In this document: positions 8,388 to 17,753 of the stretch, piece by piece
How positions within the stretch are numbered: position 1 is the first letter of the stretch
Layout: every line of letters starts with the position of its first letter
DNA from: Acaryochloris marina S15
GTDB taxonomy: Bacteria; Cyanobacteriota; Cyanobacteriia; Thermosynechococcales; Thermosynechococcaceae
Reading direction: 5' to 3'
Assembly (NCBI RefSeq): GCF_018336915.1
Contig: NZ_CP064923.1
Coordinates: 3,030,001 to 3,062,000 of the forward strand
DNA length: 32,000 nt
The notes under the pieces: generated by a model
Told to the model about the DNA's origin: nothing
What the model saw: the letters and a program-made list of their open reading frames with translations, nothing else
Database searches by the model: none
Program-made: the position numbers and the translations under genes

Positions 8388-10388
8388 TTAGGATTGCTGC
8401 TGGGAAATATCCATCCAGGCCCTCAGAATTTCTGCAACAGACCAAGCTTGGGCAAAACAACCTCGGGGATAAAACGGTGGATCGCCATCAAAAATCTCGC
8501 TAATACTGCCCAGGCCATGGGTCTGAAGATGGTTGGCAATGGGGTTGAGGAGTGATAGCGCTTCTTTGGGATTCTTATAAACTCGGTAATGGGCTTGGAC
8601 GTAAGGACCTAGGAGCCAACCCCATACAGTTCCTTGGTGATAGCGACTATCTCGTTTAACCTGATCTCCCCCATAGGTCCCTTGATATTGTGGATCGTCT
8701 GGGAAGAGGGATCGCAATCCATGAGACGTGAGTAAATAACGTCCGCAGGTCTCAACCACCGCCTGCTGTTGCTCATCCGTCAGCAACGCTGGATAATCCG
8801 CTGCTCCCGCCACTAGGGGGAGCGATACGGCAAAGATTTGATTGGGCCGCAAGGTGAGGTCATCTCCCTGCGGACCATCCAGCACATCGGCACAGTAGCC
8901 TTGGGTAGGCTGCCAAAACCGCTGGAACCCTTCCAACATCAGTTGGGCCATATCTCGATAAACTTGCTGGGGCTGGCCCAGCTGTTGAGCGAACCGTTCC
9001 ATACTCCGCAGAGCGTTATACCAAAGGGCATTAATTTCAATGGGTTTTCCCGTTCTTGGGGTAACCACCCAGTCACCAATTTTGGCATCCATCCAGGTCA
9101 GTTGTGCTCCCTCTTCCCCTGCATAGAGCAGCCCATCTATATCCACATGGATTTGGTAGCGTGTACCTTGCCGATGCCAATCGATCACCCGGACCAAGGA
9201 TGGAAACAACTCTTCCAGTAGTTCATTATCTTGAGTCGCCGCAGTGTAGATACGGATGGCTTCAAAGTACCAGAGAATCGCATCGACGGTATTGTAATCT
9301 GGTAGCTTGCCCACCTCAGGAAAAACATTAGGCAACATCCCCTGATCTAAATACCGGGCAAAGGTGCGAATAATCGTGCGGGCGATGCGAGGTCTCCCTG
9401 TAGAAATAGTCAGACCGGGTAGGCTAATCATGGTATCCCGCCCCCAATCACCAAACCACGGATAGCCTGCAATCACCGTTTTCCCTTCCGGTTCTTCAGC
9501 TAAGGGACGATTCACAATAAATTGATCAGCAGCTAAGGCCAATTGCTGAATCCATTGGGGCATTGGGGATGCGGGTGTAACGTCCAGCTCGCCTCGAATC
9601 ATTTCCTCATAAAAACGGCGCTCAAGTAAGGCGGTGGCCCCATCTAAATTGGCATGAGGTTGAGTACTGGCGACCACTGTCAAGCTATCACCGGGGTTCA
9701 GAACGACTTCTAAAGTCGTGATATGGAGATGATTATCCTGATCATCTAATCCTCGGTATTGCTCCAGCCCCAATTCAAACCCTTGGTACCAGTGGTGTTG
9801 CGTAACTAAGCCCCCCTGGCTGACCAATAGATAAAAGGGAGTCGCCGTCTCATTAGCCTTAATTCGAATGCCCTGGGCAACAGACTGAGTCTGCATTTGC
9901 CACTGATGGGAATGGGTTTGACTATGGTGATCTCGATAATTTATTAATGCTTTGACAGATAGAGCTACCGGACCACTACCCCGCCTGAGCTGATAGTGGA
10001 TATAGGTCGTATTTTCACCCTGCTGCATCCACACCCGTTTTTCCAGCAGGGCATCAGCCAGGGCATAGCGCCAACAAGGAACCGTTCCTTCCAACTCAAA
10101 TTGCTCAATATATCGATACCCCTGGGGGGTGACACTACCGTCAGCCCATTGATTCGTAGAGAGATCAAACAATTCACCGTTATAAAGAGCCGCTTCCTCC
10201 AGTTTAGAAAGTAAGAGCGTTCGTTCCAAGGGCGGGGTCAAAGCAGCGATTAGCAGCCCATGATAACGCCGGGTAAATAGGCCCGCCACAGTTCCCGCGG
10301 CATATCCACCTATGCCATTGGTCACGAGCCATTCTCGGGAAGAGGCTATTTTGAGATCACTAGTAATCTCTCGCCCTAACTGAATCAT
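8388..10388 (-). CDS. Glycogen debranching enzyme family protein (amylo-alpha-1,6-glucosidase-like, GDE_N + GDE_C)
   Basis: N-terminus REWLVTNGIGGYAAGTVAGLFTRRYHGLL. The C-terminal (alpha/alpha)6 part has GYPWFGDWGRDTMISLPGL, LTWMDAK, EINALWYNAL and HQGTVWGWLLGPY. Confidence 0.8.
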   Translation of the reverse strand: MIQLGREITSDLKIASSREWLVTNGIGGYAAGTVAGLFTRRYHGLLIAALTPPLERTLLLSKLEEAALYNGELFDLSTNQWADGSVTPQGYRYIEQFELEGTVPCWRYALADALLEKRVWMQQGENTTYIHYQLRRGSGPVALSVKALINYRDHHSQTHSHQWQMQTQSVAQGIRIKANETATPFYLLVSQGGLVTQHHWYQGFELGLEQYRGLDDQDNHLHITTLEVVLNPGDSLTVVASTQPHANLDGATALLERRFYEEMIRGELDVTPASPMPQWIQQLALAADQFIVNRPLAEEPEGKTVIAGYPWFGDWGRDTMISLPGLTISTGRPRIARTIIRTFARYLDQGMLPNVFPEVGKLPDYNTVDAILWYFEAIRIYTAATQDNELLEELFPSLVRVIDWHRQGTRYQIHVDIDGLLYAGEEGAQLTWMDAKIGDWVVTPRTGKPIEINALWYNALRSMERFAQQLGQPQQVYRDMAQLMLEGFQRFWQPTQGYCADVLDGPQGDDLTLRPNQIFAVSLPLVAGAADYPALLTDEQQQAVVETCGRYLLTSHGLRSLFPDDPQYQGTYGGDQVKRDSRYHQGTVWGWLLGPYVQAHYRVYKNPKEALSLLNPIANHLQTHGLGSISEIFDGDPPFYPRGCFAQAWSVAEILRAWMDISQQQS

Positions 10389-10477
10389 TCTGTATCCCCC
10401 TTTCGTAGCTGTTCATCTTACAGAGATGATGCCGCTAGCTTAGGGACATTATCGTTAGGTTGGTTGGGGATGTTCAA

Positions 10478-11236
10478 TTAACTTAAAGAATCAGAAAACT
10501 GAATGGGGCGATTATTGAGGGCTTGGACCGGTCTAGCATTAGCGTGAAACCTAGACTTGAAGGTATTGATTTGCTGGCGGGAAGCTTGAATCGGTTGCTG
10601 TAGAATCGCCCAATTCACAGATTCACTACACGGGGGTGTCGTCAATGAACCTTGGTAATGGTAAAAACTGCGATCGCGGGGCAGTAGCGAGCTAACATCA
10701 ATATCTAAATTAGGTGCATTCTCCTTTTCTACCCCAGGCATATTGTCCCAAATCTCATCCAATAAAGGATTTGCAGCCCCTGGCTTGATCATGACTCCCA
10801 GCACAGCCAGCTCATTGGCCGCGTTCTTATGGACCAGGTGCATTTCCATGGCACTGGTTTTATTGTCAATCAGGTGCTCGCTGGGAGCATGAAAATGAAA
10901 CTGGACTAATTCATAGGTCTGACTATTCAGGGTGAGGGTATTTCCGGCTTCATAGTTCACCGTTACCGTGCGCCCATTATTGACTTCATCCAGCGGAGAT
11001 GAGTGGTAGTCCACATTTAGGGTTTCGTGATCGCTGTTGAGATCTTGCGATCGCAAGTTGATCGGCGACTGCGCCTGCCCCGTTGAACAGAGGGAATAGT
11101 CGGACTGCAATTCTGACCAATGTCCCGGATCGGATGCGCCTTCATAACTCCAGATCGGAGTTGCGATCGCAGGTGTCGCCAACAACATCCAAATACAACC
11201 AATCAGGCAAGAAAGAGCACTGTTTAAGAGACGCAT
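10478..11236 (-). CDS. ecaA: Exported alpha-type carbonic anhydrase (EcaA-like)
   Basis: Signal peptide (LIGCIWMLLATPAIA). Alpha-CA motifs QSPINL, zinc ligands in QFHFHAPSEH...EMHLVH, and GSLTTPPCSESVNW. Confidence 0.9.
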   Translation of the reverse strand: MRLLNSALSCLIGCIWMLLATPAIATPIWSYEGASDPGHWSELQSDYSLCSTGQAQSPINLRSQDLNSDHETLNVDYHSSPLDEVNNGRTVTVNYEAGNTLTLNSQTYELVQFHFHAPSEHLIDNKTSAMEMHLVHKNAANELAVLGVMIKPGAANPLLDEIWDNMPGVEKENAPNLDIDVSSLLPRDRSFYHYQGSLTTPPCSESVNWAILQQPIQASRQQINTFKSRFHANARPVQALNNRPIQFSDSLS

Positions 11237-11456
11237 AATTAACTAGGTATAAAGCAGGCTGTTTTGACTGTAAGTCAATCATTGCCTCCAAAGAATCAAG
11301 ATTTCTAAACCGCCTCATACTCCCAAGAGCTATTTCCAGAACAAGATTATGGATGGGACCGAACCGCACATATTAAAACCGCATCCCTCACCCTACATAG
11401 AACAAGTTTGCTCGAATCGGGCACCCTAATATGTATTGGTTATTTGTCTTCATCCT

Positions 11457-14234
11457 ATGCGTCCAAGTGCTTTTCGGGCTAGGTTTTTAGCACTATTTGG
11501 TCTTGGGATAGCACTTCATCCCCTCTCCTCTGCAAACGCTGTCCCAAAGAAACAGTTCTCAGACTGGTGCACCAATATTGTCCAGCTCGAACCAGGACAA
11601 CGCCATACCATTACGACCTTATTAAAAATTGCGAAAACCGAGGACTGTCTTGAAGCAGAGCAGGTTCTGGGTTCTAATCCAGGGCTTAACCTCCAGAGTC
11701 AGGGAATAACAGATTTGAGTCCCCTCAAGTCTTTACCTCATCTGAGCAACCTTAACCTTATGGACAACCAGATCAAGGATCTCAGCCCCTTAAGCCACTT
11801 ACCCAATCTGAGTTTCCTTCTGGCCGGTCGCAATCAAATTAAAGATGTATCGCCCTTAGCTAAGCTCCCCAACCTCAGTTATGTGGTCTTAGATCTAAAT
11901 CAAATTCAAGATGTGAGCATGTTAACGCCTCTACAAAAGCTCACCTCCCTCAATCTATTGTCGAATCCGATCCAGAAAAAACTTTGTCCCGTTACACCTA
12001 GCAGCGTTTGCTTGTTTAGTGATGAAGCTCAGGATCAATTCGCAACCGCAGAACAACAGTATCAACAAGGTAATTTACGATTAGCCCTACAAAATTTTCA
12101 AACGCTGCAAAATACTTACAAGCAAAATAGTGATCGCCACAAACTAGGGGACACCCTGAACCGCTTAGGCGATATTCATCAACAGTTGGGCAACTATCCC
12201 AAAGCTTTAGCAACTTATGAACAAGCCTTTCAGCTCCGTCAAGAGATTACCGATGAATCAGGCATCGTGGTTTCTCTCACCAGCCTAGCGTCCGTCTATG
12301 AACGATTAGCGCTTTATCCTAAGGCTCAAGACTTACTTCAGCAAGCATCTGTCTCTCTGGGTAATCAAAACCCCTTCCGATTAGATGGGGGAGGTGTATA
12401 CGAACATGCGAAGGAAGAAGCATTGCTCTATGGCTGGCAAGCCCGACTGTTTATCCGTCAAGGGCAGCAGGCCAAAGCATTAAAGGCTTTAGATAAAGCT
12501 CAGGGGCTGTTTGATAACATACCGCCCGCCTTTCCCAATAAGCGTTTTCATGAACGCCTGATTCTGGAAACCCGAGGAGCAGCCCTATTGGGGCTTGGAC
12601 AAACAGATACAGCCGTGACGGTGCTGCAATCCACTTTAGCGGTGGCAACCGAAATTGAGGATCAGGCGGGAATGGCTTCTACCCTCAATCTGTTGGGTAA
12701 AGCTTACCGTCAACAGGGAAATGCGAAACAAGCCCTCAAGGTTTTTCGGCAAGCTCTAGGGATTAATCAGGTCATTGAGAATCAACCTGGGGTGGGACTG
12801 ACTCACCACAATATGGGAGAAACTTGGCTCCAGGCAAAAGATTATGACCAGGCCAGGACTGCTTTAGCGAAGGCAGTCGAAATCTGGGAGTCTCTGCGTC
12901 CGGGTCTAACGGATGCCAATAAGGTCTCTCTGTTTGAGACTCAGGTGATTACCTACTCCTATCTACAAACTGCGTTGATTGCCCTGGAGAAACCCGATCA
13001 AGCCCTAGAAGTTGCTGAACGAGGTCGGGCCCGCGCCTTTGTTGAGTTGCTCTCATCTCGTATTGGGGCCGACTCCTCCAGTCAATTCCAGCAGCCTAGC
13101 CCCCCAAGCATTGATCAAATTCGCAACATCGCTCGCAGCCAAAAAGCCACGTTAGTCGAGTACTCACTGCTGCCAGAACAGCTCCTGATTTGGGTGATCA
13201 CACCCGATGGATTAGTCTCATTGCGACAAGTGGATCTGAAGGCGCTATCGGAACAATCGCAGCAATCACTCCCTCAAATGGTTGCAGAAGCGAGACAAGC
13301 AATGGAAATGGGGACTGGTACAGACATGATGTCTCTTTCCCTGGATGGTCTTCCTGTTGCCCAGTCTCCCGATCATTTGAGTCAACTCCATCAGGTTCTC
13401 ATTGATCCGATCGCAGATTTGCTACCTAAAAATGCTGATGAACGCGTTATCTTCATCCCCCATCGTGAATTATTTATGGTGCCTTTCCCAGCCCTAGAAG
13501 GAGAAGATGGCCCTTTAATCGCCCGACATACGATGCTGACGGCTCCTTCAATCCAGCTGTTGCACTATACCGAACAGCGACGAAAACAGTTACTACAGAG
13601 TCCCCAAAAAGCGCTGGTGGTCGGCAATCCCGACATGCCCCATCTCTCTCCCGGAATAGATCTGCCTGCTGAACCCCTACTGCCCTTGCCCGGAGCTGAG
13701 CAGGAAGCCGTCGAGATTGCCTCACTGCTCGATACATCCCCTCTAACAGGAGCAGAAGCGACTGAAGCGTTGGTGACAAAACGCATGTCCAAAGCACCTG
13801 TGATTCATTTAGCGACCCACGGATTGTTGGAAGAACTGAAGCATTTAGGATTTAATATTCCAGGTGCGATCGCACTCACCCCATCGGCCCAACAAAACGA
13901 TGGCCTCCTCACCACATCAGAAATTCTCAATCTCGATCTCCAAGCAGAACTCGTGGTTCTGAGTGCTTGCAATACCGGAGTTGGGACCATCACTGGAGAC
14001 GGAGTGATTGGCTTATCTCGGGCATTGATGGCCTCGGGTGCTCCCAGCTTAATCGTGTCTCTATGGGCCGTCCCCGACGCCCCCACAGCCAACCTCATGA
14101 CAGAATTCTATACCCACTGGCAACAAAACCCAGATAAAGCTCAAGCTCTACGCCATGCCATGTTAAAAACCCGTGAACAGCACCCCGACCCACGAGATTG
14201 GGCTGCATTTTCCCTAATGGGACAAGCTGAATAA
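11457..14234 (+). CDS. Exported LRR-TPR-CHAT domain protein (caspase-like protease)
   Basis: Signal-peptide-like N-terminus (FLALFGLGIALHPLSSANA). Four to five 22-aa internalin-type LRRs at about 11682-11975 (LxxLxLxxNQIKDxSPL). A long TPR-like region follows. The C-terminal CHAT domain has the His/Cys dyad in VIHLATHG (His codon 13818-13820) and VVLSACNTG (Cys codon 13968-13970). ATG 11457 is preferred. Confidence 0.85.
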   Translation: MRPSAFRARFLALFGLGIALHPLSSANAVPKKQFSDWCTNIVQLEPGQRHTITTLLKIAKTEDCLEAEQVLGSNPGLNLQSQGITDLSPLKSLPHLSNLNLMDNQIKDLSPLSHLPNLSFLLAGRNQIKDVSPLAKLPNLSYVVLDLNQIQDVSMLTPLQKLTSLNLLSNPIQKKLCPVTPSSVCLFSDEAQDQFATAEQQYQQGNLRLALQNFQTLQNTYKQNSDRHKLGDTLNRLGDIHQQLGNYPKALATYEQAFQLRQEITDESGIVVSLTSLASVYERLALYPKAQDLLQQASVSLGNQNPFRLDGGGVYEHAKEEALLYGWQARLFIRQGQQAKALKALDKAQGLFDNIPPAFPNKRFHERLILETRGAALLGLGQTDTAVTVLQSTLAVATEIEDQAGMASTLNLLGKAYRQQGNAKQALKVFRQALGINQVIENQPGVGLTHHNMGETWLQAKDYDQARTALAKAVEIWESLRPGLTDANKVSLFETQVITYSYLQTALIALEKPDQALEVAERGRARAFVELLSSRIGADSSSQFQQPSPPSIDQIRNIARSQKATLVEYSLLPEQLLIWVITPDGLVSLRQVDLKALSEQSQQSLPQMVAEARQAMEMGTGTDMMSLSLDGLPVAQSPDHLSQLHQVLIDPIADLLPKNADERVIFIPHRELFMVPFPALEGEDGPLIARHTMLTAPSIQLLHYTEQRRKQLLQSPQKALVVGNPDMPHLSPGIDLPAEPLLPLPGAEQEAVEIASLLDTSPLTGAEATEALVTKRMSKAPVIHLATHGLLEELKHLGFNIPGAIALTPSAQQNDGLLTTSEILNLDLQAELVVLSACNTGVGTITGDGVIGLSRALMASGAPSLIVSLWAVPDAPTANLMTEFYTHWQQNPDKAQALRHAMLKTREQHPDPRDWAAFSLMGQAE

Positions 14235-14505
14235 TCAGTGCAATAAAATGGCCAAGGGATTACCCATTGGGATTGCCACGAAGATCATAAACAATTTTTT
14301 TCATTCAAGTCAGCCCTTGAGTTGAAATTCGATCACAGACCTGAATAAGTTCCTGAATAAATCTGAAGTTTTCAGGATTTTTTCTGCAGTTTGACTTTGG
14401 GATAGTGAAATCAACAGCGAAGCACACCCCAGCAACCTACTAACCCTTTTAAACCTGGAACGCTAAACCAGCCTTCGCCCTTACAAATCCTTGAGGAGCA
14501 GCACA

Positions 14506-15096
14506 ATGACTCAACCCATCAAACGACGAACCAAATTGGCAGGTGTATTAGTAACTACCCTGCTGGTCCTGACCTCTCCCATCGCTTTAGCTCAACACTA
14601 CAGTCCCACTAACAGTGAATTGGAAGAACTCCACGAGGTTGCTGCTGAACACTTAGATAGGGTCCAAACTCTCTCCATTAAAGAAGGGGTTGAATACTGT
14701 GGATATTTTGGGTTCTACACCGGCGGCCCTTTCACTGGAACATCCCCTAAACGGGGGCGTGCAGATAGTTGTGAGCCCAATAATCCACCGGTAGGCTTTA
14801 CGATCCTTGCTTCGTACCATACCCACGGTTCCTATACGATAGATGCCGACACAGAAGTTCCCTCTGTAGAAGACTTACAAGCAGATATCCAAGAGAAAAT
14901 TTATGGCTATATCGCCACCCCTTCAGGAAGAGTTTGGTTAAACGATCCTAAACACAAAGATTCAGTCATGCTATTCGGGCCAGGCAGTGTAGTCAGTGAT
15001 CCAAACTTTCGTAGATGCCAAAATTTTGCTCCCAAAGCCCAATATACAATCCCTCAGCTCAGACAAAGGGCTGCGAATGACCAGGGTGAATGTTAA
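14506..15096 (+). CDS. Secreted DUF4329-like protein with JAMM-like E...HTH...SxxD motif
   Basis: GGAG lies 9 nt before ATG 14506. Signal peptide (LAGVLVTTLLVLTSPIALA). VEYCGYFGF...ASYHTHGSY...PSVEDL...YGYIATPSGRV matches my recollection of the DUF4329 pattern (EYgG...yHTHg...S..D...gYl.TP.G). Four Cys are consistent with an exported protein. Confidence 0.55.
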   Translation: MTQPIKRRTKLAGVLVTTLLVLTSPIALAQHYSPTNSELEELHEVAAEHLDRVQTLSIKEGVEYCGYFGFYTGGPFTGTSPKRGRADSCEPNNPPVGFTILASYHTHGSYTIDADTEVPSVEDLQADIQEKIYGYIATPSGRVWLNDPKHKDSVMLFGPGSVVSDPNFRRCQNFAPKAQYTIPQLRQRAANDQGEC

Positions 15097-15112
15097 CCCA
15101 CTACACATATCG

Positions 15113-15163
15113 CGTTGCTTGCTCTCTGGAGTATCTGCCCATAGATCCAGGGGGCAAGCAACG
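15113..15163 (+). other. 17-bp RNA hairpin immediately 3' of the DUF4329-like gene
   Basis: 15113-15129 pairs with 15147-15163 over 17 bp, two of them G-U, which become C-A mismatches on the opposite strand. The loop is 17 nt. No U-tract follows. Confidence 0.4.
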
Positions 15164-15363
15164 TAACTTGAGCCTTCTCCTATTAAGGGGAAAGCTGGCC
15201 GTTGGGATTCATATCTACTTCAGACACATTACTCAACTTGGGACTTTGCCCATTGATTCAACCTAAAAAGAGTTCTCAGCAGTTGAGATCAATCTTCACA
15301 ACTTTCAAGACACAACAGAGTCCTAAAATTCAAAATACGACTCCTATCAGCCTCAAAATAATC

Positions 15364-15885
15364 CTATCCCTCTGGGACTCGGATATCTATCACGCTGGGC
15401 TTGAAATTGTACAGTCCACCATCTAGTTCCACAGGTAGGCCAACTTTGATTAAAGTACCGCCAAAAACTGGGCCATTACCCGTCATTTGGCCCTTTCCTT
15501 CCAATGTGATAATCATATTGACTGAGAATTTTTCTTCCTCTCTAGGATCGGCAACGGCTTTGACAGAACCGTCCGATTGAGGAGCCAATGTGGTTCTGGG
15601 CATAAATTCTACTTTCTTAATCTTGACCTCACCAATCGGCTGGTTACGGATTTTAAAACTAGCCTTCTCCCCCTCCTTAATCAAGGTTTTGGGATTTCGA
15701 GTTTTCAATCCTAATACCAATAAGTCAACCTCAACATTGGCATCGGAGTTTGCCAAGGTGCCAGACGGTCCTGGGAATAAGAAAATCCCCCCCACCACAA
15801 GCAACATGATTAAGACAGCCCCAGCATCTAAGAGGTTGACTTTACCGAATAAGCGTCCCTTGGAATCCAATACAGCCATTTGCAA
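15364..15885 (-). CDS. DUF4330-like single-pass membrane protein
   Basis: The N-terminus MAVLDSKGRLFGKVNLLDAGAVLIMLLVVGGIF matches the conserved cyanobacterial DUF4330 N-terminus as I recall it. The start could instead be the ATG two codons downstream. Confidence 0.6.
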   Translation of the reverse strand: MQMAVLDSKGRLFGKVNLLDAGAVLIMLLVVGGIFLFPGPSGTLANSDANVEVDLLVLGLKTRNPKTLIKEGEKASFKIRNQPIGEVKIKKVEFMPRTTLAPQSDGSVKAVADPREEEKFSVNMIITLEGKGQMTGNGPVFGGTLIKVGLPVELDGGLYNFKPSVIDIRVPEG

Positions 15886-16270
15886 ATAAGTCCTAGACGT
15901 CTACAGGTGAAACTAAAGAGTGGAATGCCACTAAATTTTTGATGCTGCCAGACTATCACGTCTTTTGGCCTTGTAAGCCGAGAAGTCGATCCTAGCAAAA
16001 GAGCTTCGGCCCACGATATTCCCTAACAGAACTTGGTCTTTACATATCTTGATTGAGAATTCTATAGATAAATCGCTACTAAAGAAAAAGCAGACCGTCT
16101 TTAATGAAGAAAGGGTATGATCGGCGTAGGAAATATGGTTGTTTGTTCATTACTCTTTCCATTCTTGGAAAGAATTAGCCAAACAGGTCATTTAAGTCCA
16201 AAATGTGACTAGATCGGTTTGTTTGAACGACATTACCCAAGATGTCTATACCAGAGGTGGGGGTTAGCTG

Positions 16271-16483
16271 ATGAGTGTCACACACAGTGAAAACAAAAAA
16301 GTTTCAGGGTTCACCGAAGAGGACGTAGCTCTACTCGCCAAGCGGTTAGAAGAAGATGACTACGAAACCCCCTTTGCCGCTTTGGAAGATTGGCATTTAT
16401 TGAGATCGATTGCCTTCCAGCGTCCAGAACTAGCCGAATCTTATCTATACCTATTAGACCTAGAAGCATTCGACGAATCCTAA
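16271..16483 (+). CDS. Small acidic conserved hypothetical protein (70 aa)
   Basis: A purine-rich GAGGTGGGGG tract lies upstream of the ATG. The acidic sequence looks coding and ends 33 nt before coaBC on the same strand. No family is recognised with confidence. Confidence 0.45.
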   Translation: MSVTHSENKKVSGFTEEDVALLAKRLEEDDYETPFAALEDWHLLRSIAFQRPELAESYLYLLDLEAFDES

Positions 16484-16516
16484 TCCTCATCCTACTTGTG
16501 AGCTAATAGCGACCTA

Positions 16517-17722
16517 GTGTCTTCCCGTATCGTAGTTGGTATCGGTGGCGGTATCGCTGCCTATAAAGTCTGTGAAGTCATCTCAGCATTGGTGAAATCC
16601 GGTGCTGAGGTTAAGGCGATTCTAACTCCTGCCGCCCAAGAGTTTATTACCCCCTTAACCATCACCACCCTTTGCCGACAGCCAGCATATGCAGACGCGA
16701 GTCTGTGGCAACCTCACCACACTCGCCCTTTACATATTGAGTTGGGCGAATGGGCTGATTTGTTAGTCCTAGCTCCTTTAACAGCCAACACCTTAGCCAA
16801 GCTAGCGACGGGATTGGCTGATAATTTGTTGACCAATACCATGTTGGCTTCCACTGCTCCTATCCTGATCGCCCCCGCGATGAATACCACTATGTGGCAA
16901 CAGTCGGTGGTTCAGCGCAATTGGCAACAATTACTTGAAGATCAGCGGTATCACGCGTTGGGGCCTGCGGCTGGCATGCTAGCTTGCGATACCGTGGGGG
17001 AAGGTCGGATGGCGGAACCCGCTGATTTATTGACCTACATCAATTCCCTTTTAGTGACTAAGGGCAAAAGGGATCTAAAGGGTAAACGGATTCTGATCAG
17101 TGCTGGTGGAACTCGTGAACACCTCGATCCAGTCCGGTTTATTGGTAATCCATCATCAGGAAAAATGGGGATGGCTCTGGCTTTGGCGGCTTGGTCTCGA
17201 GGGGCAGAAGTTCAGTTGGTGCATGGTCCCGTAGCATCCCCATTACCAACCACTCCTCCATTAGAAACGTTAGCCGTGACCAGTTCGGAAGAAATGCGTG
17301 CTGCAGTGTTAGCAGCGTATCCTCAAGCTGACTGGACCATCATGGCAGCGGCAGTGGGCGACGTGCAGCCAGCCCACTATTTCCCTGAGAAGCTACCCAA
17401 AAAATCTCTACCCACAGACTTACCCCTCAAACCTATTCCTGATATCCTGGCGGAACTTGGACAGCAAAAACAGCCTCACCAAAAACTGATTGGTTTTGCT
17501 GCTCAAACAGGAGATATCATCGCCCCTGCTCAAGATAAGTTAGAGCGAAAACGATTGGATGCCATCGTTGCCAACCCTATTGATCAACCCCAAAGTGGTT
17601 TTGGCACCGATCAGAATCAAGCCGTATTTCTGGATTCAGCAGGGCATCAGGTGGCTATTCCCATATGCAGCAAATTACGAATGGCTCACCAAGTCTTGGC
17701 TCTCATCGATGGATTAGCCTAA
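16517..17722 (+). CDS. coaBC: Bifunctional phosphopantothenoylcysteine decarboxylase / phosphopantothenate-cysteine ligase
   Basis: N-terminal flavoprotein domain ([21 protein letters not shown]). C-terminal CoaB domain ([31 protein letters not shown]). GTG start. Confidence 0.9.
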   Translation: MSSRIVVGIGGGIAAYKVCEVISALVKSGAEVKAILTPAAQEFITPLTITTLCRQPAYADASLWQPHHTRPLHIELGEWADLLVLAPLTANTLAKLATGLADNLLTNTMLASTAPILIAPAMNTTMWQQSVVQRNWQQLLEDQRYHALGPAAGMLACDTVGEGRMAEPADLLTYINSLLVTKGKRDLKGKRILISAGGTREHLDPVRFIGNPSSGKMGMALALAAWSRGAEVQLVHGPVASPLPTTPPLETLAVTSSEEMRAAVLAAYPQADWTIMAAAVGDVQPAHYFPEKLPKKSLPTDLPLKPIPDILAELGQQKQPHQKLIGFAAQTGDIIAPAQDKLERKRLDAIVANPIDQPQSGFGTDQNQAVFLDSAGHQVAIPICSKLRMAHQVLALIDGLA

Positions 17723-17753
17723 ACATGGACAAATCTATTCCCTAATCATCACC

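Noticed and set aside
4096-14098. Numerous 60-130-aa ORFs nested inside or antisense to large genes (e.g. 4096..4308-, 8838..9221+, 13474..13797-, 13805..14098-)
   Set aside because: Each is fully contained in a longer ORF with strong family motifs on the other strand or frame. They are typical shadow ORFs.
15202-15426. 74-aa plus-strand ORF
   Set aside because: It has an alternative start codon and low-complexity sequence, and it overlaps the 3' end of the DUF4330-like gene on the other strand.
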